Source of the DNA: Patescibacteria group bacterium
GTDB taxonomy: Bacteria > Patescibacteriota > Patescibacteriia > Patescibacteriales > JAQVLT01
NCBI GenBank assembly: GCA_028704015.1
Contig: JAQVLT010000004.1
Coordinates: forward strand, 6,052-70,051
DNA: 64,000 nt
Direction of reading: 5' to 3'
Shown: positions 29,570-38,671 of the stretch, in pieces
Numbering within the stretch: position 1 is the stretch's first letter
Layout: each line of letters begins with the position of its first letter
Translations under genes and position numbers: made by a program
The notes under the pieces: generated by a model
Told to the model about the DNA's origin: nothing
The model's database searches: none
Seen by the model: the letters and a program-made list of their open reading frames with translations, nothing else

Positions 29570-30610
29570 ATGGAAAAATCTAAAAATATTGAAACACCTC
29601 AATCGCCATCAGAAATAACAGTTGAATGGCTAAAAACAATACTTCCTCAAAAAATAAGCAACGAAATTATTTCCATAGAGGCGGATGAAAAATTTAGACC
29701 AAACGGACACTTGGGAAAAATTGAAAAAATTAATATTAATTATGCCGTCCAAAACCAAAATCCCGGATCGGTAATTATTAAATTTCAAAAATGTTCCAAC
29801 CCGAAAAAAGAAGCGGAAATTTATCAGCTTTTGGAAAATGCTGGCGTTTCTTATATCCCGCATTTGTACGGAAAATTCGGCGAGGGAAATTTGGTTCTGG
29901 AAGATTTATCTTCAACTCATTCGGTGCAAGAAACTTTTACCATTGACCAGATCAGACAAGTACTTTCACTGCTTGCCGATCTTGATAGCAGATTTTGGGG
30001 CGATTCCAAAATTCCCAAGGATAATTTGAGCCATTTCGTCAATTCAATCAACATAAATTTTGAGAAGGGCTGGAATAAATTTAAGAATAGATGCGAAAAA
30101 GAATTGGGAGGGGAGATTGCCGACTTTGAATGGATGTGGAAAAATCGTGAAATTATCTCAAGCTATTACAATTCAAGTCCGACAACTATGTGCCACGGCG
30201 ATGTAAACAGGTCTAATTTGCTTTTTCCCAACGACAAAAAAAATAAACCGATACTTATCGACTGGCAACTTTCCGGGCAAAAAGTGCTTCCGTTTGATCT
30301 TTCTTATTTTTTGGTAAAAGCGCTAACCGTGGAGCAGAGAAGGGAGTATGAAGAAAATTTACTTGAGGAATATTATAATTTGCTGCCTGAAAAAATAAAA
30401 TCCAATTATTCTTACAGTGACTTCATTTTAGATTACAGAGCTTGCGCAACCAGATCCATGCTTAGCGCGGTCACGAAATTCGGACCAATCTTTGAAAATG
30501 ATTTTAGTAATGAAGCGGCGGACAATTTATCAAAACGAGTTATTGAAGCCGTGAGAGATATTAAACCAATAGAAGCTATTCAAGAGTTAAGAAAATATAA
30601 AAAATTTTAA
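29570..30610 (+). CDS. Phosphotransferase-family kinase (APH/choline-kinase-like)
   Basis: CHGDVNRSNLLF (HxDxxxxN catalytic loop) and ILIDWQ (DFG-equivalent). Confidence 0.6.
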   Translation: MEKSKNIETPQSPSEITVEWLKTILPQKISNEIISIEADEKFRPNGHLGKIEKININYAVQNQNPGSVIIKFQKCSNPKKEAEIYQLLENAGVSYIPHLYGKFGEGNLVLEDLSSTHSVQETFTIDQIRQVLSLLADLDSRFWGDSKIPKDNLSHFVNSININFEKGWNKFKNRCEKELGGEIADFEWMWKNREIISSYYNSSPTTMCHGDVNRSNLLFPNDKKNKPILIDWQLSGQKVLPFDLSYFLVKALTVEQRREYEENLLEEYYNLLPEKIKSNYSYSDFILDYRACATRSMLSAVTKFGPIFENDFSNEAADNLSKRVIEAVRDIKPIEAIQELRKYKKF

Positions 30611-30618
30611 AAAATATT

Positions 30619-30972
30619 ATGAAAATATACCCAAAACAATCAAAATCAGACAGGCAGACAGACGATTTTTATTTTGGCGATTATGGCGAAATACCGATTG
30701 GAGTTTCGTTTGTGACAATTGATAAGAATAATCAAGATGAAATGCAAGATAAACTGCATTATCATCTTAAATCAAAAGAATTTTACATTATTCTTGAAGG
30801 GGAGGGGATTCTGGAAGTGGAAAATAAAGAAATTATTTTAAATAGCAATTCAATGATCATGGTTGAGCCGAACGAGAAACATCGGATTGTCAAAGCGATA
30901 AAATTGCCGTTTAGTTTTATTGCCATTTCAACGGAAAAAAATAAAAATGATAAAATAATAATTGAAAAATAA
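30619..30972 (+). CDS. Cupin-domain protein
   Basis: HYHLKSKEFYIILEGEG...EPNEKH two-motif cupin pattern; 117 aa. Confidence 0.6.
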   Translation: MKIYPKQSKSDRQTDDFYFGDYGEIPIGVSFVTIDKNNQDEMQDKLHYHLKSKEFYIILEGEGILEVENKEIILNSNSMIMVEPNEKHRIVKAIKLPFSFIAISTEKNKNDKIIIEK

Positions 30973-31186
30973 AAATACATAGTTCATTTCAAGCGCAAGG
31001 AGTAAAAGGGGATAAAAAAAACGCTTTTTTTGAATTTTTTAGAAACGAGTGGTTTGTATTTATTCTTTTTTTTACGTTTCCAATAAGGGTGTTTTTCCCA
31101 GATGCCTGGGATGCAATGAAACAAAGGAGGCGGAAAAAAAGAATAAAAAAAAGAATAAAAAAATCCGGCCAACCATAGCAAAACAC

Positions 31187-31213
31187 GCGCATGCCACAAC
31201 ATGCGCTTTTTTT
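31187..31213 (+). terminator. Terminator hairpin GCGCATG-CCACAA-CATGCGC + T7
   Basis: 7-bp GC stem followed by TTTTTTTATTTTT. It lies about 215 nt after the cupin stop and just before the M23 gene promoter (TATACT). Confidence 0.45.
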
Positions 31214-31241
31214 ATTTTTAAAATTATGTTATACTAAAATC

Positions 31242-32462
31242 ATGAATAAACTAATTAAATTAATTAGCGCAATTTTTATTTTAAGCGTAATTTTAAACGT
31301 TAATAATTTTGCGTTGGGCCAAGATGAAGCGATAAATAACGAGGTTAAAGATCTGAATAGCGAAATTTCCGATAAAAGAAGCAGGCTTGAAGAACTGCAA
31401 AAAAAACAAAAAGACTATTCTTCGGCTATACAAAAAAAACAAAAAGAACAAGCCAATTTAAATAATCAGCTTTCCATCATTGAAGACCGTATTGCCAAAT
31501 CCGAGATAGAGTTAGAAAGCGCGGAATTGGAAATTGACAAAACTAATTTGGAGATAAAAAAAACAAACTTAGAAATTGACACAAAAAATAGGGAAATTGA
31601 GCGAGAAAAAGAACATATTTCCAATGTTTTGCGCATTATTTACAAACAAGATCAGGTATCATCTCTGGAAATTTTATTAATGAACGATTCTTTGTCTGAT
31701 TTTCTCAACGAAATGAAGTATTTGGAGGACGTCAATAGTGAAATATTAAATAGTGTTGAAAATTTAAAAGATTACAAAAAACAGCTTGAAGACCAAAAAA
31801 TAAATCTAGATGAAAAAGGCAAAGAATTAGAAAAATTAAAAGCTGACTTAGAAAGCAAAAAAGACATGTTAGCCAGCGAAAGCGATAATAAAAATTACCT
31901 TTTGGAACAGTCGGAAAATTCCGAGAGTGAATACCAGCGCTTGCTGGCGCAAGCGAAAAAAGAGCAGCTTCAAGCGTCTAATGATATCGCTAATTTGGAA
32001 AAAACAGTCCGCGCCAAAATTGCCGACATCAATGATCAAAGGCTTGAATTTAACGACAATGGCTTGATTTGGCCTGTGCGAAAAAATACTATTACTTCGA
32101 TTTTTCATGACCCTGACTATCCTTTTAAATATATTTTTGAACATCCGGCGGTTGATATTAAAGCCGGGCAGGGGACTGCCATAAAAGCAGCTGCTTCCGG
32201 CTATGTAGCACGCGCTAAAGATGCTGGCAAAGGTTATAGTTATATCATGCTTGTTCATGGCAATGGCATATCTACGGTTTATGGTCATGTTTCACAAATT
32301 TACGTAGCTGAAGATGAATATGTTGTTCAGGGCCAAACAATCGGTTTGAGCGGCGGCATGCCCGGAACCAGGGGAGCGGGACCTCTAACTACCGGGCCAC
32401 ATCTTCATTTTGAAGTTCGTGTTAACGGTATTCCTGCCAACCCTCTTGAATATTTGCCTTAA
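31242..32462 (+). CDS. Secreted coiled-coil M23 peptidase (EnvC/LytM-like murein hydrolase factor)
   Basis: Signal peptide, a long coiled-coil, and a C-terminal M23 domain (HPAVDI...GHV...HLHFEV). Start at MNKLIKL. Confidence 0.75.
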   Translation: MNKLIKLISAIFILSVILNVNNFALGQDEAINNEVKDLNSEISDKRSRLEELQKKQKDYSSAIQKKQKEQANLNNQLSIIEDRIAKSEIELESAELEIDKTNLEIKKTNLEIDTKNREIEREKEHISNVLRIIYKQDQVSSLEILLMNDSLSDFLNEMKYLEDVNSEILNSVENLKDYKKQLEDQKINLDEKGKELEKLKADLESKKDMLASESDNKNYLLEQSENSESEYQRLLAQAKKEQLQASNDIANLEKTVRAKIADINDQRLEFNDNGLIWPVRKNTITSIFHDPDYPFKYIFEHPAVDIKAGQGTAIKAAASGYVARAKDAGKGYSYIMLVHGNGISTVYGHVSQIYVAEDEYVVQGQTIGLSGGMPGTRGAGPLTTGPHLHFEVRVNGIPANPLEYLP

Positions 32463-32507
32463 TTATTACTCTTTATCCCTCTCCCTTCGGAGGGGGATTT
32501 ATTTTTT

Positions 32508-32885
32508 ATGGAACACGAAATCCTAGCGCAAAATATTTGCAATGAAGCATTAAAAATATTAAAAATGCCTCACTTGAAATTTCGCCCAATGGCGAGAAGA
32601 GGATTAGTCAACACGAAAAAAAGTTACATAATAGGACGAACAAATCTGAAAACCGGCTTGATTACTATTGATATTTGGACGCCTAAGAAACAAGAAGCAA
32701 AAAAAATTTCCAGCATCCTATCCATACTCTGCCATGAAATAGCTCATCACCAAAAGCCTCCGTACCGGCAAAAATACAAAGGCCACCTTATCATCAGGCG
32801 GCATTATCCGAAGTTTTATAGACAAGTGAAGAAGAATATATTGAGACTAAAAAACAATAAGGAGATGGGGGAATACTTTGTATAG
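32508..32885 (+). CDS. Small HExxH-motif protein (SprT/DUF45-like putative zinc metallohydrolase)
   Basis: LCHEIAHH near the C-terminus; 125 aa. Family by eye only. Confidence 0.4.
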   Translation: MEHEILAQNICNEALKILKMPHLKFRPMARRGLVNTKKSYIIGRTNLKTGLITIDIWTPKKQEAKKISSILSILCHEIAHHQKPPYRQKYKGHLIIRRHYPKFYRQVKKNILRLKNNKEMGEYFV

Positions 32886-32926
32886 TAATAGAGTTTTTTT
32901 AAAATTTACAACTTAGCTAATAAAAA

Positions 32927-32951
32927 AGGAGAAGTCTGTGAGTCTTCTCCT
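32927..32951. terminator. Bidirectional terminator AGGAGAAG-N9-CTTCTCCT
   Basis: 8-bp stem. An A-run sits on one side and T-rich sequence on the minus-strand side, downstream of 32979-33197(-). Confidence 0.55.
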
Positions 32952-32978
32952 GTGGACAAATTTTTATCTGTAATCTTG

Positions 32979-33197
32979 TTAAACCCTTTCAAGGTTTTCA
33001 AGATTCCACTCCCTCCTTTCCAAACGTCCTTTGTTTTTACCACTTACAATTCTGACACGAACATATACGGACCGTTTAGTATCATGCGAGAAATGACGCG
33101 GGTATATTTTAGCCGATATTAGCTCCCCGATGAGACCCGAGCGTGCATTCTTCACTTTCATTCCGCCACGCAGATCTGCCTCTTTGAGTTTGGCCAT
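32979..33197 (-). CDS. Small GC-richer hypothetical protein (72 aa, basic)
   Basis: GGAGGG SD 4 nt upstream and its own terminator, immediately downstream of the tyrosine recombinase gene. No family recognised. Confidence 0.45.
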   Translation of the reverse strand: MAKLKEADLRGGMKVKNARSGLIGELISAKIYPRHFSHDTKRSVYVRVRIVSGKNKGRLERREWNLENLERV

Positions 33198-33218
33198 CTT
33201 TCCCTCCGTTTTTTGGGG

Positions 33219-34181
33219 TTAGTTTTTTAACTTCTTACCGCTATGTAGATTCTTATGAATGTCGCGGAGTTGCTTATTAGTAACGTGAGTATAAATTTGC
33301 GTAGTTGCAATATTCCTGTGACCAAGAAATTCTTGCACCAAGCGCAAATCTACGCCGTTAGACAGTAGATCTGTGGCAAATGAGTGGCGAAGGGTATGCG
33401 GAGTAGCCATTACCGGCAAACCGCCAATTTTGACGTATTTTTTGACAATATCTTCAACGCTTTTAGGTGTTAGACGTCTAGAAGCGGCGGTTTTACCGGT
33501 ACCTGGCTTATAATTTATAAACAACGCTTCATCTAGATCGCCACGGCCGTCTAAATATTTTCTCAACCATTCAATCGCGCGCTCGGAAAAATAAACCGTG
33601 CGAACCTTTTGCCCTTTGCCAATCACGGAAATCTCCAAATCTTTAATGCCGGTTTTTATTTTTAACTGCTCGCGATTCAAAGCAACCAGTTCAGCCACGC
33701 GCAATCCGGTAGAAAATAAAGTTTCTAGAAGCGCTCGATCCCTTAAACCAATCTTGGTTTTTATATCCGGGGTCAGAAGCAGGCGTTCAACCTGGTCTAA
33801 ATTTAAAAATTTAACTTCTTTATCGGCCTTGTCCTTGGCTAATTTGATTTTAGAAGGCGACAAAGTGGCAATATCTTTTTCTACAAAAAATTCCAGCAAG
33901 CTGCGTAGAGCAATCAAGTAATAATTCTGTGTAGATTTTTTTAATGATTTTTTTGTTCGCGGATCAACATGGCGAGATAAAAAAACACGATACTTCCAAA
34001 CGTGATCGCTGGTCAAGTCTTTAGGCTTCAGTTTATCCAACTTGTTGTCCCTCAACCAGCTAAAGAATCTCTGCAAAAAACGAGTATAATTTTCCTGAGT
34101 TTTAGAGCTCAAGCCTTTTTCAATTTCGGAATAATCCAAAAAGTCGGTTAAGTATTGAATTATTGTTTTATTTTTTGTCAT
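33219..34181 (-). CDS. Site-specific tyrosine recombinase, XerC/XerD family
   Basis: N-terminal SAM-like core-binding domain, then a C-terminal catalytic domain with R (GLRVAEL), HTLRHSFAT, LGH and TQIYTHV (Tyr nucleophile). Confidence 0.8.
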   Translation of the reverse strand: MTKNKTIIQYLTDFLDYSEIEKGLSSKTQENYTRFLQRFFSWLRDNKLDKLKPKDLTSDHVWKYRVFLSRHVDPRTKKSLKKSTQNYYLIALRSLLEFFVEKDIATLSPSKIKLAKDKADKEVKFLNLDQVERLLLTPDIKTKIGLRDRALLETLFSTGLRVAELVALNREQLKIKTGIKDLEISVIGKGQKVRTVYFSERAIEWLRKYLDGRGDLDEALFINYKPGTGKTAASRRLTPKSVEDIVKKYVKIGGLPVMATPHTLRHSFATDLLSNGVDLRLVQEFLGHRNIATTQIYTHVTNKQLRDIHKNLHSGKKLKN

Positions 34182-34777
34182 AATATTATTATATCACAAA
34201 TTTATCAAAATATGGCCTCTTATAGAGAAGGATAAAAAGGGGAGGGAAAAAGAGAGGTATAAATAGATAATGGTCTGACAAAGCAATAAACTGATATTTG
34301 AATTAATAAAATTTATTTTAATACTTTTAATTCTATTTAATTTAACAAAATTAAATATTAAAGTTTTAAAGACTGTCGGCAATCCATAGGGGAGAAACAA
34401 AAAAACAGCCGAAATGGCTGAATTTTTGTTATACTATACTTCGCATAATGTAGATTAATTAACGTATAATATGCATTCAATTAACGCTTAAAGCTAATTT
34501 GTATTTACTGAATAACTAGACCCATAACATGTAACTCGGGAAAAAATAATAACAATATTTTTAACAGAACTAAAAATATTCCAACAATCAAAACGCAAAA
34601 TAAAATAATCGCAAGAACAAAAATAACTTTAAACATTTTTTCTGCTGATGGTCCGCTGCTCATATTTATTTATGTCTTTCACGAAATAAGCGCAAATTAA
34701 ACGCTTTATCTCGTAAAATGGCTTTAATTTACTTAAAATATATAATATTTTGCTAATTTTAGCTAAAATTGAATAAT

Positions 34778-35671
34778 TTAACGATAATATACCCTTTCTT
34801 TAAACCTTAGATCAATATACTTCAGATTTTTAAAATTATTTTCTAATTTTTCTTTTCTGAGAATCACTAATCTGTCTAACTGTGATTTTATATCTTCCTG
34901 CGAATTAAAATATATTTCCGGTCCATTATTTATTTTAATTTTAACAGTATTTACGTTTTGGTCAATTATAAATTTTTCAATCGTTTCATTTATCGGGTTA
35001 ATTTTCTGAAACTCATTGAATAAATAAGTTATAGCGACAATATCAGTATTATTCAAATCAATTTTATTATTATTTATTTTTGAACCACCCTGGTTATAAA
35101 CTATCGGGTATTCCCCTACTTTTATTTCCAAAGAATTTATCTCATTAATTATATTCCCTTCGCTATCAATATTGTAATATTTATCCCCCTCATTCCAAAT
35201 TAAAATTATTATTTTTTCTTCCACCTTTATAACAATTGACCTTTTAATCAAATTTTTATGCGCGGAAACATTTTTAAAATTATATTGCGCGGCTAAATCG
35301 TTTGCCAATTTATTGGTGTTAAAAACAAAAATATTATCCTGAGGCATTATAGCGTATCGTCTTTCACCAACCTGGCTCCATGCAATATTTAAAATCTCAT
35401 CGGAGTTAACTCTTAATAAGCTATTATTTATTGATATACTTTTTATTGAAAGAAAATTAGAAAAAAATAAAAAATAAAAAATAAAAATCGCCAATAGCAA
35501 AATTAAAAAAAATATTAATTTTATTTTTACAGAAAATTTTGGCAAAGAACTGGCGAATTTGGTTTTTTTGTTATGAAAAAAAGGATTTTCAAACCTCTTC
35601 CCTCTCTTATTTACTCTTCCGGACTGAGTAAAAAACTTTTTTTCTTTAAAATTATTCCCTCTTTGAAACAT
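34778..35671 (-). CDS. FtsQ/DivIB-like cell-division protein (single TM + POTRA-like region)
   Basis: Basic N-terminus, one TM, a periplasmic beta-rich domain, and position immediately downstream of ddl as in dcw clusters. Sequence-level assignment is weak. Confidence 0.5.
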   Translation of the reverse strand: MFQRGNNFKEKKFFTQSGRVNKRGKRFENPFFHNKKTKFASSLPKFSVKIKLIFFLILLLAIFIFYFLFFSNFLSIKSISINNSLLRVNSDEILNIAWSQVGERRYAIMPQDNIFVFNTNKLANDLAAQYNFKNVSAHKNLIKRSIVIKVEEKIIILIWNEGDKYYNIDSEGNIINEINSLEIKVGEYPIVYNQGGSKINNNKIDLNNTDIVAITYLFNEFQKINPINETIEKFIIDQNVNTVKIKINNGPEIYFNSQEDIKSQLDRLVILRKEKLENNFKNLKYIDLRFKERVYYR

Positions 35672-35702
35672 ATTTTATTTAATATTAGATAAAATATCAA
35701 TA

Positions 35703-36638
35703 TTACTTTATATTTCCTTCAATTAATTTATCCAAAAATTCACCAAATTCCATGCCAGCGGCCTTGGCGGCCTGAGGCGCGAGCGATGTGGCGGTCATGC
35801 CGGGAATGGTGTTTATTTCCAAAAAATAAAGCTGATTATCATCTTCCGACCAAATAAAATCAGCGCGCGCCAAGTCCTTGCAGTCAATAGCTTCATAGGC
35901 GTTGATCGCGTCTTTTTGAATCTTATTTTTTATCTCATCGGGAATATTCGCCGGGCAAACCTCTTCGCTCCCTCCTATTTCGTATTTTGCTTTATAATCA
36001 AACCAACCGGAAACCTTGGGAATAATTTCAACAACCGGCAAGGCCTGCGGCGGGTTGTTTCCCATCACAGCTACGGTTAGTTCCCTGCCTTTGACAAATT
36101 TTTCTAGAATCAAAGACTGGTCGTGCTGAAATCCCAACTCAATCCCATCTTCCAATTCTTCTTTGGTTTTGGCGATTGACATTCCCACCGAAGAGCCAAG
36201 CTCAATCGGCTTGATGACGATCGGTAAAGATAATTTTTTTATAATTTCATCGGAATCAAATTTTTTATTTTTATTGACGACAAAATCCGGCGCGGTTGCC
36301 ACTCCTTTATTTTTGACAATTATTTTTGTCTTATATTTATTCATCGCCAAGGCGCCCGCCAAACAGCCGGAAAAAACATAAGGAACATTAAGCCAATCAA
36401 GCATGCCTTGCAATTTTCCATCTTCGCCGAACGGGCCATGAAGCGCCGGAAAAATAACATCAAACTTTTTTTCCAAACAATCCAAAAAAAATTGCTTTAA
36501 ATCAGTTTTTGGATCATAGCGAAAAATTTCGTATTTATTTTTATCCAAAGCGTCATAAATTTTATCTCCGGTTTTTAATGACACCTCCCTTTCGCCGGAA
36601 ATGCCGCCGGATAACAAAGCTATTTTAATTTTTGACAT
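35703..36638 (-). CDS. ddl: D-alanine--D-alanine ligase
   Basis: FPALHGPFGEDG, ATP-grasp motifs and typical 311-aa length. Confidence 0.85.
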   Translation of the reverse strand: MSKIKIALLSGGISGEREVSLKTGDKIYDALDKNKYEIFRYDPKTDLKQFFLDCLEKKFDVIFPALHGPFGEDGKLQGMLDWLNVPYVFSGCLAGALAMNKYKTKIIVKNKGVATAPDFVVNKNKKFDSDEIIKKLSLPIVIKPIELGSSVGMSIAKTKEELEDGIELGFQHDQSLILEKFVKGRELTVAVMGNNPPQALPVVEIIPKVSGWFDYKAKYEIGGSEEVCPANIPDEIKNKIQKDAINAYEAIDCKDLARADFIWSEDDNQLYFLEINTIPGMTATSLAPQAAKAAGMEFGEFLDKLIEGNIK

Positions 36639-36643
36639 ATTTT

Positions 36644-36853
36644 TTAAGCTAACGATAAAGCATCGTGTTTGCAGGCGTTAACACACGCGCCACAATTCAC
36701 GCATTTGCTATTATCAATTTCTACCAACTCTTTTCTAGTGATTGCGCCAACCGGGCAAGCTTCGGCGCAGCCAACACAAGCTCCGCCGCAAGAACAACTA
36801 GTGCATTTACCATCTTTCCAACAACATTTTTCGTAATTTATTGTTATTGACAT
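36644..36853 (-). CDS. 4Fe-4S ferredoxin-like small protein
   Basis: Two Cys clusters (CTSCSCGGACVGCAEACP and CVNCGACVNAC). Start at MSITINYEKC. Confidence 0.6.
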   Translation of the reverse strand: MSITINYEKCCWKDGKCTSCSCGGACVGCAEACPVGAITRKELVEIDNSKCVNCGACVNACKHDALSLA

Positions 36854-36938
36854 AATTTTGACATTATTTATTAAAAGGAATAAATTTATTGATATACACA
36901 CGTCTATTTTCTTGAACCTTCACGACAAGGAGAAACTA

Positions 36939-37211
36939 ATGCCTAGACTGCCGAATGATTTAAGGCTGTGTGGGTTTGGGCAATATAAACCGTGTCCGTT
37001 TGCTCATGGCCCAATGCCCAAAGAGACGGCAGAACAAGGATGTTTGGCGGGAACTAGGACTGGAGCTGAAATTTTACAACAGTTCCCTGAATTGGCAAAA
37101 ATATGGGCGAAAAAATGCCCGGAAAGCAGAATCACAATCCCGCTATCGCGGTGGGAAAAAACTCTTTCGGCGATTTACCGTCGTTTGCCCATATTATGGG
37201 GCGTCGGTTAA
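36939..37211 (+). CDS. Small GC-rich hypothetical protein (90 aa)
   Basis: AAGGAG SD 6 nt upstream of the ATG, a possible TTGACA-17-TAAATT promoter at 36869, and a terminator right after the stop. The region is clearly GC-richer than its flanks. Could instead be a structured RNA. Confidence 0.35.
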   Translation: MPRLPNDLRLCGFGQYKPCPFAHGPMPKETAEQGCLAGTRTGAEILQQFPELAKIWAKKCPESRITIPLSRWEKTLSAIYRRLPILWGVG

Positions 37212-37234
37212 AAAGCCGTCAAAGCACTTTTGAG

Positions 37235-37256
37235 CGACCCTGAATTTCCAAGGTCG
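37235..37256. terminator. Bidirectional terminator CGACC-N12-GGTCG + long T-run
   Basis: Followed by T8ATTTTTTTATTTTT. Lies between the small ORF (+) and the serS 3' end (-). Confidence 0.55.
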
Positions 37257-37262
37257 TTTTTT

Positions 37263-38582
37263 TTATTTTTTTATTTTTATTTGACTATTATTTCCCGGCA
37301 TCCATTTACGTAAAACTTCCGGAATCACTACGCTGCCATCGGCCTGCTGGAAATTTTCCAGAATTGCAATTAAAAATCTCGGACTGGGAATTGCAGTATT
37401 ATTTAACATGTAGACAAATTCATTTTTACCTTCTTTTGTTTTATATTTAACGTTCAGTCTTCTGGCTTGCCAATCCAAGAAATTTGACGCCGATCCGGTT
37501 TCTCCGTAGCCATCGCGACTCGGAATCCACGCTTCCATGTCAAACATTTTATATTTTCCAGCGCTCATATCGCCAGTACAAATTTGCAATACGCGGTAAG
37601 GCAATTTTAATTCCTCATGCATTTCTTTTGAGATATTCAACATTTCCAATTGCATTTTGTCAGATGCTTCAATATTGGCCGGCATCAATATCACCTGTTC
37701 AACTTTCATAAATTCATGCACGCGATAAAGGCCTTTTGTGTCCTTGCCATAGCTGCCGATTTCACTGCGATAACATGGCGAAAATCCGCACATTTTCAAA
37801 GGTAAATTTTCCTCTTTCAAAATCTCACCGGAATAATAAGCGAGTAGCGAAGGTTCAGCCGTGCCGATCAAAAATTTATTTTCTTTTTTTACGGCGCCGT
37901 CAGCTTCAACTTCGGCATTTTCAATTTTATAAATTTCATCAATTTCTGAATTGTAATGTTTACCGGAAAAATACCCCGAACCAAACAGAGCAAACTCTTT
38001 TACTAACGTTGGCGGGATCATCGGCGTGAATCCTTTGGAAATTAATTTTTCCAACGCGAACATCATTAAAGCCAATTGCAGTGATGCCGCTTCATTTTTT
38101 AAGTAATATCCGCGATAGCCACTCACCTTCACTCCCCTCTCAAAATCTATCAAGTCCAAATCGCGCGCCAATTCAACGTGTGATTTTGGCGTAAACTCAA
38201 ACTTTGTCGGCTCTCCCCATTTATAAATTTCCACATTTTCACTTTCATCTTTGCCAATTGGTACATCGGTCGCCGGAATGGTTGGCACTTTTACCATTAA
38301 ATCAAAATATTCTCCGTCAATTTTTTCCAATGCCGGTTCCAATTTGCTTATTTCTTCTTTTATTTTTTTACCCTCTTCAATTTGCTCATCAGACGGCTTT
38401 TTTCCCTTGGCTGATTCAGCCAGCTCGTTACGGCGCGCACGTAAATTCTCAATCTCCGCCTGTGCTTCCCTCTTTTCCTCATCCAATGCCATCAGTCTAT
38501 CAATATCTATTTTAATATTTTTATTTTTTGCCGCCTCCTTTATTTTTTTCGCATTATCACGGATAAATTTTATGTCTAACAT
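37263..38582 (-). CDS. serS: Seryl-tRNA synthetase
   Basis: N-terminal coiled-coil arm, class II core, 439 aa, and the typical MLDIKFIRDN start. Confidence 0.9.
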   Translation of the reverse strand: MLDIKFIRDNAKKIKEAAKNKNIKIDIDRLMALDEEKREAQAEIENLRARRNELAESAKGKKPSDEQIEEGKKIKEEISKLEPALEKIDGEYFDLMVKVPTIPATDVPIGKDESENVEIYKWGEPTKFEFTPKSHVELARDLDLIDFERGVKVSGYRGYYLKNEAASLQLALMMFALEKLISKGFTPMIPPTLVKEFALFGSGYFSGKHYNSEIDEIYKIENAEVEADGAVKKENKFLIGTAEPSLLAYYSGEILKEENLPLKMCGFSPCYRSEIGSYGKDTKGLYRVHEFMKVEQVILMPANIEASDKMQLEMLNISKEMHEELKLPYRVLQICTGDMSAGKYKMFDMEAWIPSRDGYGETGSASNFLDWQARRLNVKYKTKEGKNEFVYMLNNTAIPSPRFLIAILENFQQADGSVVIPEVLRKWMPGNNSQIKIKK

Positions 38583-38671
38583 ATTGTAAAAATTAAATAA
38601 TTTAAAAAATTAAAAATAAATCAAATCCCCCTTGGGGGATGAGGATAATTTTATAAAATTATAATACTTTA

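Noticed and set aside
31125-31170. Short tandem A-rich duplication (AAAAAGAATAAAAAAAAGAATAAAAAAATCC) as a possible CRISPR-like or repeat array
   Set aside because: It is only about 1.5 low-complexity A-rich units, with no spacers and no regular repeat-spacer periodicity. There is no CRISPR array anywhere in the window.
34194-34400. 68-aa minus-strand ORF upstream of the recombinase gene
   Set aside because: It is low-complexity (Leu/Ile/Asn/Ser-rich) in an AT-rich intergenic region, without SD. Most likely non-coding promoter DNA.
36858-36938. Upstream extension (MTLFIKRNKFIDIHTSIFLNLHDKEKL) of the 36939 ORF
   Set aside because: It overlaps the ferredoxin gene start on the opposite strand and the putative promoter, and it is AT-rich. 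The SD-supported ATG at 36939 is preferred.
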